This document shows positions 53,885 through 64,000 of a stretch of DNA of 64,000 nt, piece after piece. Under the pieces are notes generated by a model. The model was not told the origin of the DNA and did no database searches. It worked only from the letters and a program-made list of their open reading frames with translations. Source of the stretch: Phaeosaccion multiseriatum (lineage: Eukaryota; Protista; Ochrophyta, other classes). How positions within the stretch are numbered: the stretch's first letter is position 1; each line of letters opens with the position of its first letter. The translations under genes were made by a program, and so were the position numbers. Location: assembly GCA_965112735.1 (NCBI GenBank), contig OZ218952.1, positions 806,001 through 870,000 of the forward strand. The letters run 5' to 3'.

Positions 53885-55396
53885 TTACACCGTAGGGCAG
53901 GGGGCGAAACGCCTTCCACCACAGAAGCGGCAGAGAGCGTCCTCAAGCCCCTCGACGCTGGCACGTTCGTTGATGTGGGCATTGCAACCAAGGCCGCCGT
54001 TGACGCAGGCGGGATCTGTGTAGCACGAGTCCTGGATAGGCCAGACGTCGGCACAGTACTGGGTGCACGCGTCCACGGCATCGTCGGGTGTTACAGGAGC
54101 CCGAGTGGTCGGGGCAGAGGTGGCAGCAGGGGCAGTCGTAGCGGCAGGGGTAGGCGCGGCCGCAGGAGCAGTCGTGGAATCAGGGCAGGCGAGGTACATG
54201 TCGCCTCCGCAGAAGCGGCAGAGAGCGTCCTCAAGCCCCTCGATGCCAGCACGAGCACGAGCTCCAATGTGGGCGTCGCAACCAAGTCCGCCGGTCGCAC
54301 ACTGGGGGTCCGTGTAGCAGGCGGCTTGGTCGGGCCACACGTTGGCACAGTATTCAGTGCACGCGTCCCCCTCCACCACGGCCACTGGGGAACTCGTGAC
54401 GGGTGCGGTGGTGGCTACAGGGGCAGTCGTAACGGCAGGGGTAGGCGTGGCCGCAGGGGCAGTCGTGGAATCAGGGCAGGCGAGGTACATGTCGCCTCCA
54501 CAGAAGCGGCAGAGAGCATCCTCAAGCCCCTCCACATTGGCACGAACTCCAATGTGGGCGTCGCAACCAAGTCCGCCGGTCGCACATTGGGGGTCCGTGT
54601 AGCAGGCGGCTTGGGTGGGCCAGAAGTCGGCACAGTACTTGGTGCACGCGTCCCCCTCCACCACGGCCACTGGGGAACTCGTGACGGGTGCGGTGGTGGC
54701 TACAGGGGCAGTCGTCGCTGTGGTGACGGGCGTGGGTGTGGGCGCGCAGTCCTCTCCGCCCTCCATCACGGGGCAAGCGAGGCACTCAGTGGCCATCCAT
54801 GGGAAGGACTCACACTGGCGGCAGCCCAGGATGTTGCCCAAGTTGCAGCCCCCGCCTCCTCCGTTGGCCACACACACGGGGTCGTAGAAGCACTCGATGC
54901 CAGGCTGCTCCGCGCAGAAGGCCTCGCACTCGGCGCAGGAAGGGTCCGGCATGGGCGGCTCGCAAGTTGGAGCCGCCGTGGTTGGAGCCGCCGTGGTTGG
55001 AGCCGCGGTCGTTGGTGCGGGCGTTGGAGCGGGCGTGGGAGCTGGTGTAGTAGGGGCGGGCGTTGGAGCGGGCGTAGTAGGGGCGGGCGTTGGAGCGGGC
55101 GTGGGAGCTGGCGTAGTGGGGGCGGGCGTGGGAGCGGGCGTGGGAGCCGGCGTAGTGGGGGCGGGCGTTGGAGCGGGCGTGGGAGCTGGCGTAGTAGGGG
55201 CGGGCGTGGGAGCGGGCGTGGGAGCCGGCGTAGTAGGGGCGGGCGTGGGAGCGGGCGTGGGAGCTGGCGTAGTAGGGCCGGGCGTGGGAGGGAGGGTGAT
55301 GGTGGGGGCGGGGGTCTCAGCCCACATTCCGGCCTCCACTGCGCTGAATGTGGCGCATCCCACTAGGACCGCGATCAAGGTCTTGATGGAAGGCAT
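53885..55396 (-). CDS. Gene C: secreted 503-aa protein; signal peptide, PTPAPT mucin stalk, four Cys-rich modules, no TM
   Basis: Single [25 protein letters not shown]. Modules CFYDPVC...[15 protein letters not shown] and three copies of CYTDPxC..GGLGC[DN]AHI...LCRFCGG...CP. Possible 5'-UTR intron (donor AAG|GTAAGC at ~55738). Confidence 0.9.
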   Translation of the reverse strand: MPSIKTLIAVLVGCATFSAVEAGMWAETPAPTITLPPTPGPTTPAPTPAPTPAPTTPAPTPAPTPAPTTPAPTPAPTPAPTTPAPTPAPTPAPTTPAPTPAPTPAPTTPAPTPAPTTPAPTPAPTPAPTTAAPTTAAPTTAAPTCEPPMPDPSCAECEAFCAEQPGIECFYDPVCVANGGGGGCNLGNILGCRQCESFPWMATECLACPVMEGGEDCAPTPTPVTTATTAPVATTAPVTSSPVAVVEGDACTKYCADFWPTQAACYTDPQCATGGLGCDAHIGVRANVEGLEDALCRFCGGDMYLACPDSTTAPAATPTPAVTTAPVATTAPVTSSPVAVVEGDACTEYCANVWPDQAACYTDPQCATGGLGCDAHIGARARAGIEGLEDALCRFCGGDMYLACPDSTTAPAAAPTPAATTAPAATSAPTTRAPVTPDDAVDACTQYCADVWPIQDSCYTDPACVNGGLGCNAHINERASVEGLEDALCRFCGGRRFAPCPTV

Positions 55397-55685
55397 GATG
55401 ATCTCTCTTTAGGCAGAGAAGAAGTTGTCTGTGTGTGGATGGTGATGGGGGGGGAGAGGGTGGAGGGACGGCAGGGAGACAGTGTGAGAACCAGGCAAGA
55501 AAGTGGAGGACTCGAAGGAGAGAGAGGCAGCAGTGAGCACACAATGCCCGACTGACTTTCTTTCACCCCTGCCGCCTGCTGGTCTCTGCCCCCGGCTTCT
55601 ACTTTGCATTGCCCATCAGAGTAGTCTTTACAACAGGCAGCAAGGAGGCAAAGAGGAGAGCCCCCACCCAATCTCTGTCTCTCTT

Positions 55686-55717
<32 letters not shown>

Positions 55718-56134
55718 TCCAAGCAAACAATTGCTTACCTTGGGGAAGGTGAGTTGCTTTGTGAAGGCCATGATGATGCTCACCATCGCTGCCTGCATCC
55801 ATTCGCTATAATCAATTGCGCACACGCACTCCTTTCTGTGAGGGCCCGAGGTCCCATAGAAGTAAATGCTCATGACTAAGGCCGAGGAGGTGGTAACCAA
55901 CGAAAAAAGTAATCTTCCCCCCTTTTTTTTTTTTTGTAACGTTCTGTAACGGTCACGGCGAGTTTTCCCGGCGGGAAAGGCGGGAAGGGCGTAGCGTGAC
56001 GGGAGAGAAGGCCGAAGTCAGCAAGAACTTAGAAGACTCGCTCCGAGGGGAGAAGAGCTGGACCCTTCTGACTGGGAGGGGAGGCGAGGGAGAGGCATCT
56101 CGAGCCTTCACTCCTCCTGGCCGCCCAATAGGGC

Positions 56135-56223
56135 CAACCCCTGATGCACTATCCGCTATCCGCTATCGCCGGCGCCAGCCGATCCGCTATCCGCTATCGG
56201 CGGCGATTGTGCGTCAGGGGTCG
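56135..56223. mobile_element. Degenerate micro-TIR element related in design to the 51-kb MITE
   Basis: Inverted repeat ACCCCTGATGCAC (56137-56149) / GTGCGTCAGGGGT (56209-56221) with 1 mismatch. It encloses ATCCGCT doublets and GCCGGCGCCAGCCG, the reverse complement of the MITE unit core. No clean TSD. Confidence 0.45.
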
Positions 56224-57408
56224 AAAGGGAAGGCAGCGGGGAGGGAGAGGGGATGGAGACGGCACGGTGATTGAAACTCTTTTGTTTACTTGACGCTGTG
56301 CCCTGGGCTGACTGTGTGCACACTCGAAAGCAGGGCGACCTCTACTCTCTCTCTCTCTCTCTCTCTTCTTTTATACGTGTGGTAGAAGTCCCCAGTAACC
56401 TTACTGCTGAGCAGTCGCAGCCCAGAGACCTCGGCCAGCGGTCAGAGCCACAAGTCTGCTGATAACCACACGTCTACTGAAAAAGCACACGGGTGCTGGT
56501 GCAGAGCTCCTCCTGAAGCGAACCTAAGACCCCCCCCCTTGCCGCTGCCACCGCTGCTGCTGCTCCCGTATTACCAACTGCTGATGGTGCTGCTCCTGTG
56601 CCACCTCACTGCCCCCATCGAACATTGAGAGAGAGTCTGCGCTGCATCGTAAGAAAGAAAGAGAGAGAGAAAGAGAAAGAGAAAGAGAAAGAGAGAGAGA
56701 GAGAGAGAAGGAGAGAGAGAGAGAGAAAGAGAGAGAGAGAAGGAGAGAGAGAGTCGAAGCAGCTCAGCGCAGCTCTCCCACAACGCTTGACTCTTGAAGC
56801 TTGGCTCTGGGCTGACACTCTCCCCCCCTCGCTTCAACACAGAGCCTTTCTCCGCAGCCTCTCCCCACGAGAGCGTCCGGGCGTCTCCCCACTCACAGCT
56901 AGCTCGTCGTCCGAGGCCCAAAAGCCGTCCACTCTGCCGAGGAGACATAACACGACTTCCTCCTTCCTTCCGTTGCTTGCTTGCTTGCTTGCTTGCCCAA
57001 AGCAGACCAGGTGTCGCCGAGGGGGGGCTGACGCGTGAAAGGAAGGAAGGAAGGAATGAAGGAAGGAAGGAAGGAATGAAGGAAAGAACTAATAGCGTCG
57101 GAGGAAAGGGGCTCTTTGTCGCCAGGGCCGGGGGGGGAGTCACTGAGGCCGATGCGATGCCGTCGCGCGACTTGCCTGTTGGGTGTGTCTTACGCCCCCA
57201 CAACAACCCAATCCTTGCCTCGCTCTTTCTGCACTCTGCATGGCCCTCCCCCGGTGTCTGTCCTCTGCTTGTCATGCCTGTCTGTCCTCTGCTTGTCACG
57301 CCTGTCTGTCGTCTTTTCCTCTCTGTCTGTTTGTCTGTCTGTCTGCGTGTGTCTCTGTCCGTCTGTCCGTCTCGTGTCTAGAATCTTTTCTCGCGCACCC
57401 CTTAGTCG

Positions 57409-58314
57409 TCAGCCGTCATTCTTTTTAGCCTGCGCCTCCTTCTCTCTCTCGGCCTTTGCTTGTTGCTGCAGGGCCATTCGTTCGGTGGCCAGCTGGTGAA
57501 TCCATCAATCCATCACACGAACGAATACACAAGCAAACAAACAATTAAAGAAAAAGAAACAAATAAACAGCAGAGACGTCAATTTTGGTTTGAGTGTTGG
57601 AGAGCATATGAGACAAAAAATACTTGCAGGCAGCAAGTCCGTGCAGGTCGTGCGGGTAAGGACAAGCCCGAGACAAGAGAGACAGAAAAAGCAAAGAGAG
57701 AGAGGGAGAGAGAGAAGGAGCAACCTCGGGGCCATTTGCTGAGCTCTGCGGCGGTCCCTTCAGCAAGGCTCTTCCCTCTGCTTACCGTGACGCAGTCTCT
57801 GAAGTCCTCAAAGAGGTCTGCGCACTCCTCAGAGCCTTCGATGGTCCCCGCCAGGAACTTTTCTCGGTACCAGCGGTTCTGACAGTGCTGATACTCAAAC
57901 TGTAGTTTGGTGCGACCAACCGAGACGGAAAGTGTTAGTACCTGCTGCTCCTGCTTTCTACCTGTCCCGGATCATCTTCTTGCTCACCTGCTCAATCTTG
58001 CACTCGTCCACGGGGTTGGTGATGATGAGGTCTCTTCTCCTCCGCCTCTTTCTTTTTTCCTTCTTCTTGAGGGGGTGGTACCCGAGGCTGCGGCCCATAG
58101 TGGACGGGTTGGTGTTCTCTACCACCCCCACCTCCACCTCCTGACTCTTACCCCCTTCCTTCCCCTTCCCAGTTACGATAGCCACATTGCCGGTGTCTCT
58201 TTCGTCCCCTGCGGCGGCGACTGCTGCTGCTTTTGCAGCAGGTACAGCCCCAGCACTGATGTTTTGTGCTCCTGCGGCACTACTCGGTTCAGCTTTTCCC
58301 TGCCCGGCGCCCAT
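57409..58314 (-). CDS. MDM35: Mdm35/TRIAP1-like twin-CX9C protein with N-terminal extension, ~174 aa
   Basis: Exons 58314-57988, 57899-57786, 57492-57409. Spliced ECKIEQFEYQHCQNRWYREKFLAG...ECADLFEDFRDCV (two CX9C, NRW..EKFL.G signature). TACTAAC branch point at 57940-57934. Confidence 0.85.
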
Positions 58315-58463
58315 TGTTTCCGGATAAACTTAACCAGGAAGGATTGTGTGTTTGACGTGTTCGATGAAGTCGCCATTTGTAATCGGAGGCCCAACTCGCC
58401 TACTTAGGCTCGGACCATATCGACCATCATCCCATCGTGGACAATTAGAAGAAGAGGAAAACG

Positions 58464-61400
58464 ATGCGAGGACGTCGATGTGGCCCTGGCACTCTCCTGT
58501 GCTTTGTGCCGTCCGTGGCGGCTTGGTGCAGTGTATCACCGCCGCCAACGGTGGTGAACAGACCTTCACACCAGCAGGAGCAGAGTCGGCATCAGCCTTC
58601 GCAGCTGTGTGGCTCGTCCCTGGAGTCAAGGCAGACTCGAAAGAGGGGGAGGAACGAGATCGGACGTCTCCATAGCTCTGTGCGTCGTGGTGCATCGCAG
58701 ACGAAGAAAACCACCATACAGCGGCAGCAACAAGGCGGGGCCAGGACCGGGGTGGTGGAGGAGGAGCGAGCGGCGGAGGCGGCCAAGGTGCAACGGCAGC
58801 AGGAGAAGGTGGCAGAGAAGAGAGAAGCAATCATTGAATGGCTACAAGCCGCTCTGGAGCTGAAAGACCCCACCGCAGATACTCGTGCTGCTAGTGAGAC
58901 GCTCCGCGACGGGGACAAGGATAGCACCCGCAGCGGCAGCAGCGTCGCTTCGACGAACAAACAGAGAGTAGAGGCGATGCTAGACAAGTGCCCGTCCTTG
59001 GTGCGCAAGCTCAAGGACCGCGAGCAGATGAACACCCTGCTCAGCTTCCTGGCGAGAGATGTGGGGCTGGAGCTTCCCGAGGTTGTGAAGGTGCTCACCA
59101 GGCATCCTCAGCTCTTCCTGTACTCCACTGAGTTCCTACACGAGGTTGTGGCCTGGCTACAAGCCCCCTTGCCGGACAGGTGCGGTGGTGAGCAGTACAC
59201 AACCACGACGGACGCAGAAACCACCGAGGAGACGGCACATGGCGATGGTAGCGAGTCCGACCACGATGGAGGAGAAGGAGCAGGAGGAGCAGGAGGAAGG
59301 GGGGGGGGGGGAGGTATGAGGCTCTTTCCTGTGCGGTTAGAGGAGGGCAAGCCATGGCGGTGGGGGCTGGGGCTCTCGAAGCAGCAGCTTGCCACTGTCG
59401 TCTCGCGGCAGGGGGATCTCCTGTGGAAGAGCGTGGAGAACAATTTGGCCCACAAGGCGGCCTTCTTCCTCCGAGAAATGGGTATGGACCCCAATCAGAT
59501 GCGTGCCATGATCTGCAGGGGCCCTGCGGTGTGGACACTCAGCGTGGATGGCAATCTACGGCCCAAGCTTCGCTTCTATCAGCAGGAGTTGGGTATGCGG
59601 CCCCGGAAGCTTACACGGGTCATGGAGAAGAGCCCCAGCTTCTTTACCCTCAGGTGAGTATGCGGTGAGAGGCAGAGGGAGGGTGAGGTAGAGAGGGGGG
59701 GGGGGGGGCAGGGAGAGGGGGAGGCAGGGAGGGAGGGAGGGAGGGAGGGAGGGAGGGAGGGAGGGAGGGAGTTAGGGGGAGAGAGCCAAAGCTTCTTTTC
59801 CGTCAGGTGAGCAGGTGCCGTGCCATGACGTAGGACGTTGCGTTGGAATAAGGCACACACTCACCCACCCACCCCACCCACCCACTCAACCACTCAACCA
59901 CCCCACCCACCCACTCACCCATCCACTCACCCATGCCCTCACCCATCCACTCACCCACACACCCACCTATCCACTCACCTATCCCCTCACTCACTCACCC
60001 ATCCACTCACCCATCCCCTCACCCATCCACTCACCCATCCACTCACCCATCCACTCACCCATCCACTCACCCATCCACTCACCCATCCACTCTCCCATCC
60101 ACTCACCCATCCACTCACCCATCCACTCACCCATCCACTCACCCACCCACCCACACACCCACTCACCTATCCTCTCACTCACTCACCCATCCACTCACCC
60201 ATCCGCTCACCCACCCACTCACCCATCCACTCACCCATCCACTCACCCATCTACTCACCCATCCACTCACCCATCCACTCACCCATCCACTCCCCCATCC
60301 ACTCACTCATCCACTCACCCATCCACTCACCCATCCACTCACCCATCCACTCACCCATCCACTCACTCACTCACCCATCCACTCTCCCATCCACTCACCC
60401 ATCCACTCACCCATCCCCTCACCCATCCACTCACCCATCCACTCACCCATCCACTCACCCATCCACTCACTCACTCACCCATCCACTCTCCCATCCACTC
60501 TCCCATCCACTCACCCATCCACTCACCCATCCACTCACCCATCCCCTCACCCATCCACTCACCCATCCACTCACCCATCTACTCACCCATCCCCTCACCC
60601 ATCCCCTCACCCATCCACTCACCCATCCACTCTCCCATCCACTCACCCATCCACTCACCCATCCACTCACCCATCCCCTCACTCACTCACCCATCCACTC
60701 ACCCATCCACTCACCCATCCACTCACCCATCCACTCACCCATCCACTCACCCATCCACTCACCCATCCACTCACCCATCCACTCACCCATCCACTCACCC
60801 ATCCACTCACCCATCCACTCACCCATCCACTCACCCATCCCCTCACCCATCCACTCACCCATCCACTCACTCATCCACTCACCCATCCACTCACTCACCC
60901 ACTCACCCATCCACTCACCCATCCCCTCACCCATCCACTCACCCATCTACTCACCCATCCCCTCACCCATCCACTCACCCATCCCCTCACCCATCCACTC
61001 ACCCATCCCCTCACCCATCCACTCACCCATCCACTCACCCATCCACTCACCCATCCACTCTCCCATCCACTCACCCATCCACTCACCCATCCCCTCACCC
61101 ATCCACTCACCCATCCACTCACCCATCCACTCACCCATCCACTCACCCATCCACTCACCCATCTACTCACCCATCCCCTCACCCATCCCCTCACCCATCC
61201 ACTCACCCATCCACTCTCCCATCTACTCACCCATCCACTCACCCATCCACTCACCCATCCCCTCACCCATCCCCTCACCCATCCCCTCACCCATCCCCTC
61301 ACCCATCCACTCACCCATCCACTCACCCATCCACTCACCCATCCACTCACCCATCTACTCACCCATCCCCTCACCCATCCACTCCCTCCCCTCCCTCCCC

Positions 61401-62540
61401 ACCGGTCTCACCAGCGTGGACAAGAACGCCCGACCGAAGGTTGCCTTCTTCCACGACGTTCTCGGGGCCTCCCTCGAAATGATCGCGCACACTCTGGAGG
61501 AGTCACCACGCTTCCTCAACGCGAGCATGAAGTCAAGAGTGCTTCCCCGAGTGTCTCGATTATCCAAGGGTGGGATAGAGCCCAGCTTTGAGCACATTGC
61601 GCTGCTCTGTACGTACACCGAGGTAGGGCAGGTGGGGCGAGGGAGGGACGGGCGGACAGATTGAGTGAGGGGGAGAGGGATGGAGGGAGGGAGGGAGGGA
61701 GGGAGGGAGGGAGGGAGGGAGGGAGGGAGGGAGGGAGGGAGAGAGGGAGGGAGGGAGGGAGAGAGGGAGGGAGGGAGGGAGGGGGGGAGGGAGGGAGGGA
61801 GGGAGGGAGGGAGGGAGGGAGGGACAGAGTACGGGAGTAAAAGGAAGATTACGCAAAATGCGTCACTCCCTTTTCTACCTGTGTCGTGCCTTTTCTATCT
61901 GTCTTGTGTCTGTATCACCAACTGCTGTTTCTGCGAGTGTTGGTACTGGAGCTTTGAGCTTTAGGCAGTGATCCTCTCTCCCTACGTCTCATCTCTCTTT
62001 CTCTTTGGTCAGGACAAGTTCGAGGCGGCTCTGCTGAGGCTCATCGTAGCGAAGAGAGCATTCCTGGCCCAGTCCGCCGCACTGAGAGAGGCAGCGGCGG
62101 CAGAAGCAGCAGCAGTTGGGGATACGGCACCAGTTGTCGTCTTAGCGGCAGGAGGAGCTGGAGGAGGAGGAGGAGGAGGAGGAGGAGGAGGAGGAGTCAA
62201 GGAAGAACATGAAGGACAGGGCAGTGCCCCACACGGAGCGGAGGAGGGGGGGGCGTCATCAGTACGGCGGTCGGCTACAGCCGAAGCAGCAGTAGAAGGA
62301 GCCGAAGGGGCAGCAATAGCAGGAGGAGGAGAAGGAGGAGGAGGAGCGGGGGCGATTTCAATGGTGATCAAAGGCAGGGCTGGAAGAGGGGAGGGTAGCC
62401 CGTCGATTGCGGCAGCCGTCGCTGGTGGCGGAGGGCCCTTGTCAGTCGTGGTCAGCAGCAGGAGCGGGGGGCGAGGGACAAGACGGGCAGTCACTGGTGT
62501 GGCAGTGGTCGGCTCTGATGCGCAGGAAGAATCAATTATT

Positions 62541-62581
<41 letters not shown>

Positions 62582-63773
62582 CCCCTCGCTTTCCCCGTCG
62601 GACCCCTCAGGCGTACTGCCAGCCACCACCACCGCCACCACCACGACCACCACGACCACCACGACCACCACCACTGCATCGCCTCGTCCTGCAGCTGCTG
62701 GACGGAGGTTTGGCAGCAGGAAGGGAGGACCTCATTGGGACTATACTCGTAACGCTCTCGCCACGGCACTCGTCCCCGGGGGGCTCAAGTTTGCGGAGAT
62801 ACCCGAGGGTATTCCATACGGGCAGCGGCGGGCAGGGGGAGGGGTCGGGCGGATAGGAGGGCCGGGGGGGCAGGGGAAGCAGTTGGTGATACAGGGGCTG
62901 CAACAGGGGAAGGGGCAGCAGTTGGTGATACAGGGGCAGGGGCGGCAAGGGAGGGCCGGAGTGGACGAAGGACGGACAGCGGGGAGAGAGTTTTTGCACC
63001 GAGGTGGGGTGTGCGAGGGCTTGCGAGTGCTTGATCTCTTTTGCTACACAGGCTCCTTTGCCCTCAGTGCTCTGGCAGGAGGGGCGGCGTCCGCGACGGG
63101 GGTGGATCGCGATGGGTACGCCCTTCGGCTTGCGGCACTCAACGCCAAGCGGAATGGGCTGGTGGGGAAGGTGACGTGGTGTAAGGGTGAGGTAGGGGCC
63201 TATGTGAGTGAGCTGCTGGGGGAGGGGGAGGAGGAGGAGAAGAAGAAGAAGCACAAGAAGCGGTTGTTCGACCTTGTTGTGCTGGATCCGCCATCCTTCT
63301 CCCGCTCTCCTCGCTCCGTGACACGAGCTCAGAACAAGTTTGCGGCTCTAGCCGGGCGCGCATCGCTGTTGGTGCGGCCGTCGAGCGGGATGCTCCTATT
63401 GGTAGGGTGTGGAGGCACGTTTGGGAGCGCAGAGGAGATGGAGGAGTGTGTGGCTGGGGCGGTGGCTCGGCAAGGGAGGCGAGTTACCCTTCTGCAGAGG
63501 CTGAGCGACGACGCTATTACTGCTGATGGTGGAGAAGAGGAGGAGGAGGAGGGGGAGGGGGAGGAGGAGGAGGAGGAGGAGGAGGAGGAGGAGGAGGAGG
63601 AGGAGGAGGAGGAGGAGGAGGAGGGGTGGGGGAAGAGGGAGGGGGAGGAGAGGGGGGCGGAGGAGAGGGAGGAGGATGGGGAGGGAAAGGATGGTACAGC
63701 ACCAGCGGCGCTCCCTCCCCCTCACATGTCGCTGCTCGTCGTGTCTGAGCCGGTGGTCGCTGGGTTGCCGTAG
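58464..63773 (+). CDS. Predicted plastid-targeted mTERF-repeat protein fused to an RlmI/YccW-like SAM-dependent RNA methyltransferase domain, ~1,052 aa
   Basis: Exons 58464-59653, 61415-61622, 62013-63773, in frame. mTERF repeats: [75 protein letters not shown]. MTase: [54 protein letters not shown]. Confidence 0.8.
59850..61390. repeat. ~1.5-kb minisatellite of the 12-mer CCATCCACTCAC in intron 1 of the mTERF gene
   Basis: Tandem 12-mer with CCATCCCCTCAC / CCATCTACTCAC variants; source of the HSPI/THPL ORFs. Confidence 0.96.
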
Positions 63774-63934
63774 AAAGCTTAAAGAGGAGTGGGTCTCTGG
63801 GGGGCGTGAGTTATGGTCCGCCGTCGGAGTTGTCATACCCCCTCGGGAACCTGGCTTGCCCTTCGGCTTCAGCTTCACCCAGCACTCCTATCAAAACAAG
63901 CCCTTTGTCCTCACAAAAGCCCTCACTAGCCAAT

Positions 63935-64000
63935 ATGCGTGCACCTTGCCTTGTGCTCTTCGTCGCCTCCGCTGCGCCTCTATGCAGTGCCTTTGTGGCA
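63935..64000 (+). CDS. Start of a next gene with a bipartite plastid-targeting leader (truncated by window end)
   Basis: ATG at 63935 gives MRAPCLVLFVASAAPLCSAFVA, a signal peptide ending in an ASAFAP-like CSA|F motif. Confidence 0.6.
   Translation, partial: MRAPCLVLFVASAAPLCSAFVA

Noticed and set aside
56571-57499. 242-, 195- and 146-aa ORFs downstream of MDM35
   Set aside because: Made of GA/GGAA microsatellites and a 24-bp tandem duplication; no recognisable domain.
59815-61664. 550-608-aa HSPI/THPL/STHP ORFs
   Set aside because: Intronic 12-mer minisatellite; only 61415-61622 is coding (mTERF exon 2).

Overview
Intron-rich eukaryotic nuclear DNA packed with microsatellites. It most likely comes from a flagellated photosynthetic stramenopile (ochrophyte), inferred from signal peptide + ASAFAP-like plastid leaders and an axonemal dynein. 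Most short ORFs in the track are microsatellite artefacts. Splicing by eye gives 12 genes plus the start of a 13th: outer-arm-type dynein heavy chain (5' part), EB1, a ~2.7-kaa EF-hand + CEP164-like WW protein, CEBPZ/Noc1, ASF1 (start codon split by an intron), a Methyltransf_16-type lysine MTase, a TMEM104-like amino-acid transporter, three Cys-module/mucin surface or secreted genes, Mdm35/TRIAP1-like, and an mTERF + RlmI-like methyltransferase fusion. Ten of these genes form five head-to-head pairs. Most notable: (1) the predicted plastid mTERF–rRNA m5C MTase fusion, a one-chain analogue of MTERF4–NSUN4; (2) a palindromic locus of two divergent modular surface proteins with ~2.6-kb near-identical inverted 3' arms and a frame-preserving exon-pair array; (3) a frame- and strand-independent DNA word AGTTGGTGATACA present 11 times; (4) a MITE with 19-bp TIRs and a 6-bp TSD, plus a degenerate relative; (5) G-rich 5' / C-rich 3' polarity of intron microsatellites. 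All gene models are manual; no database searches were run.
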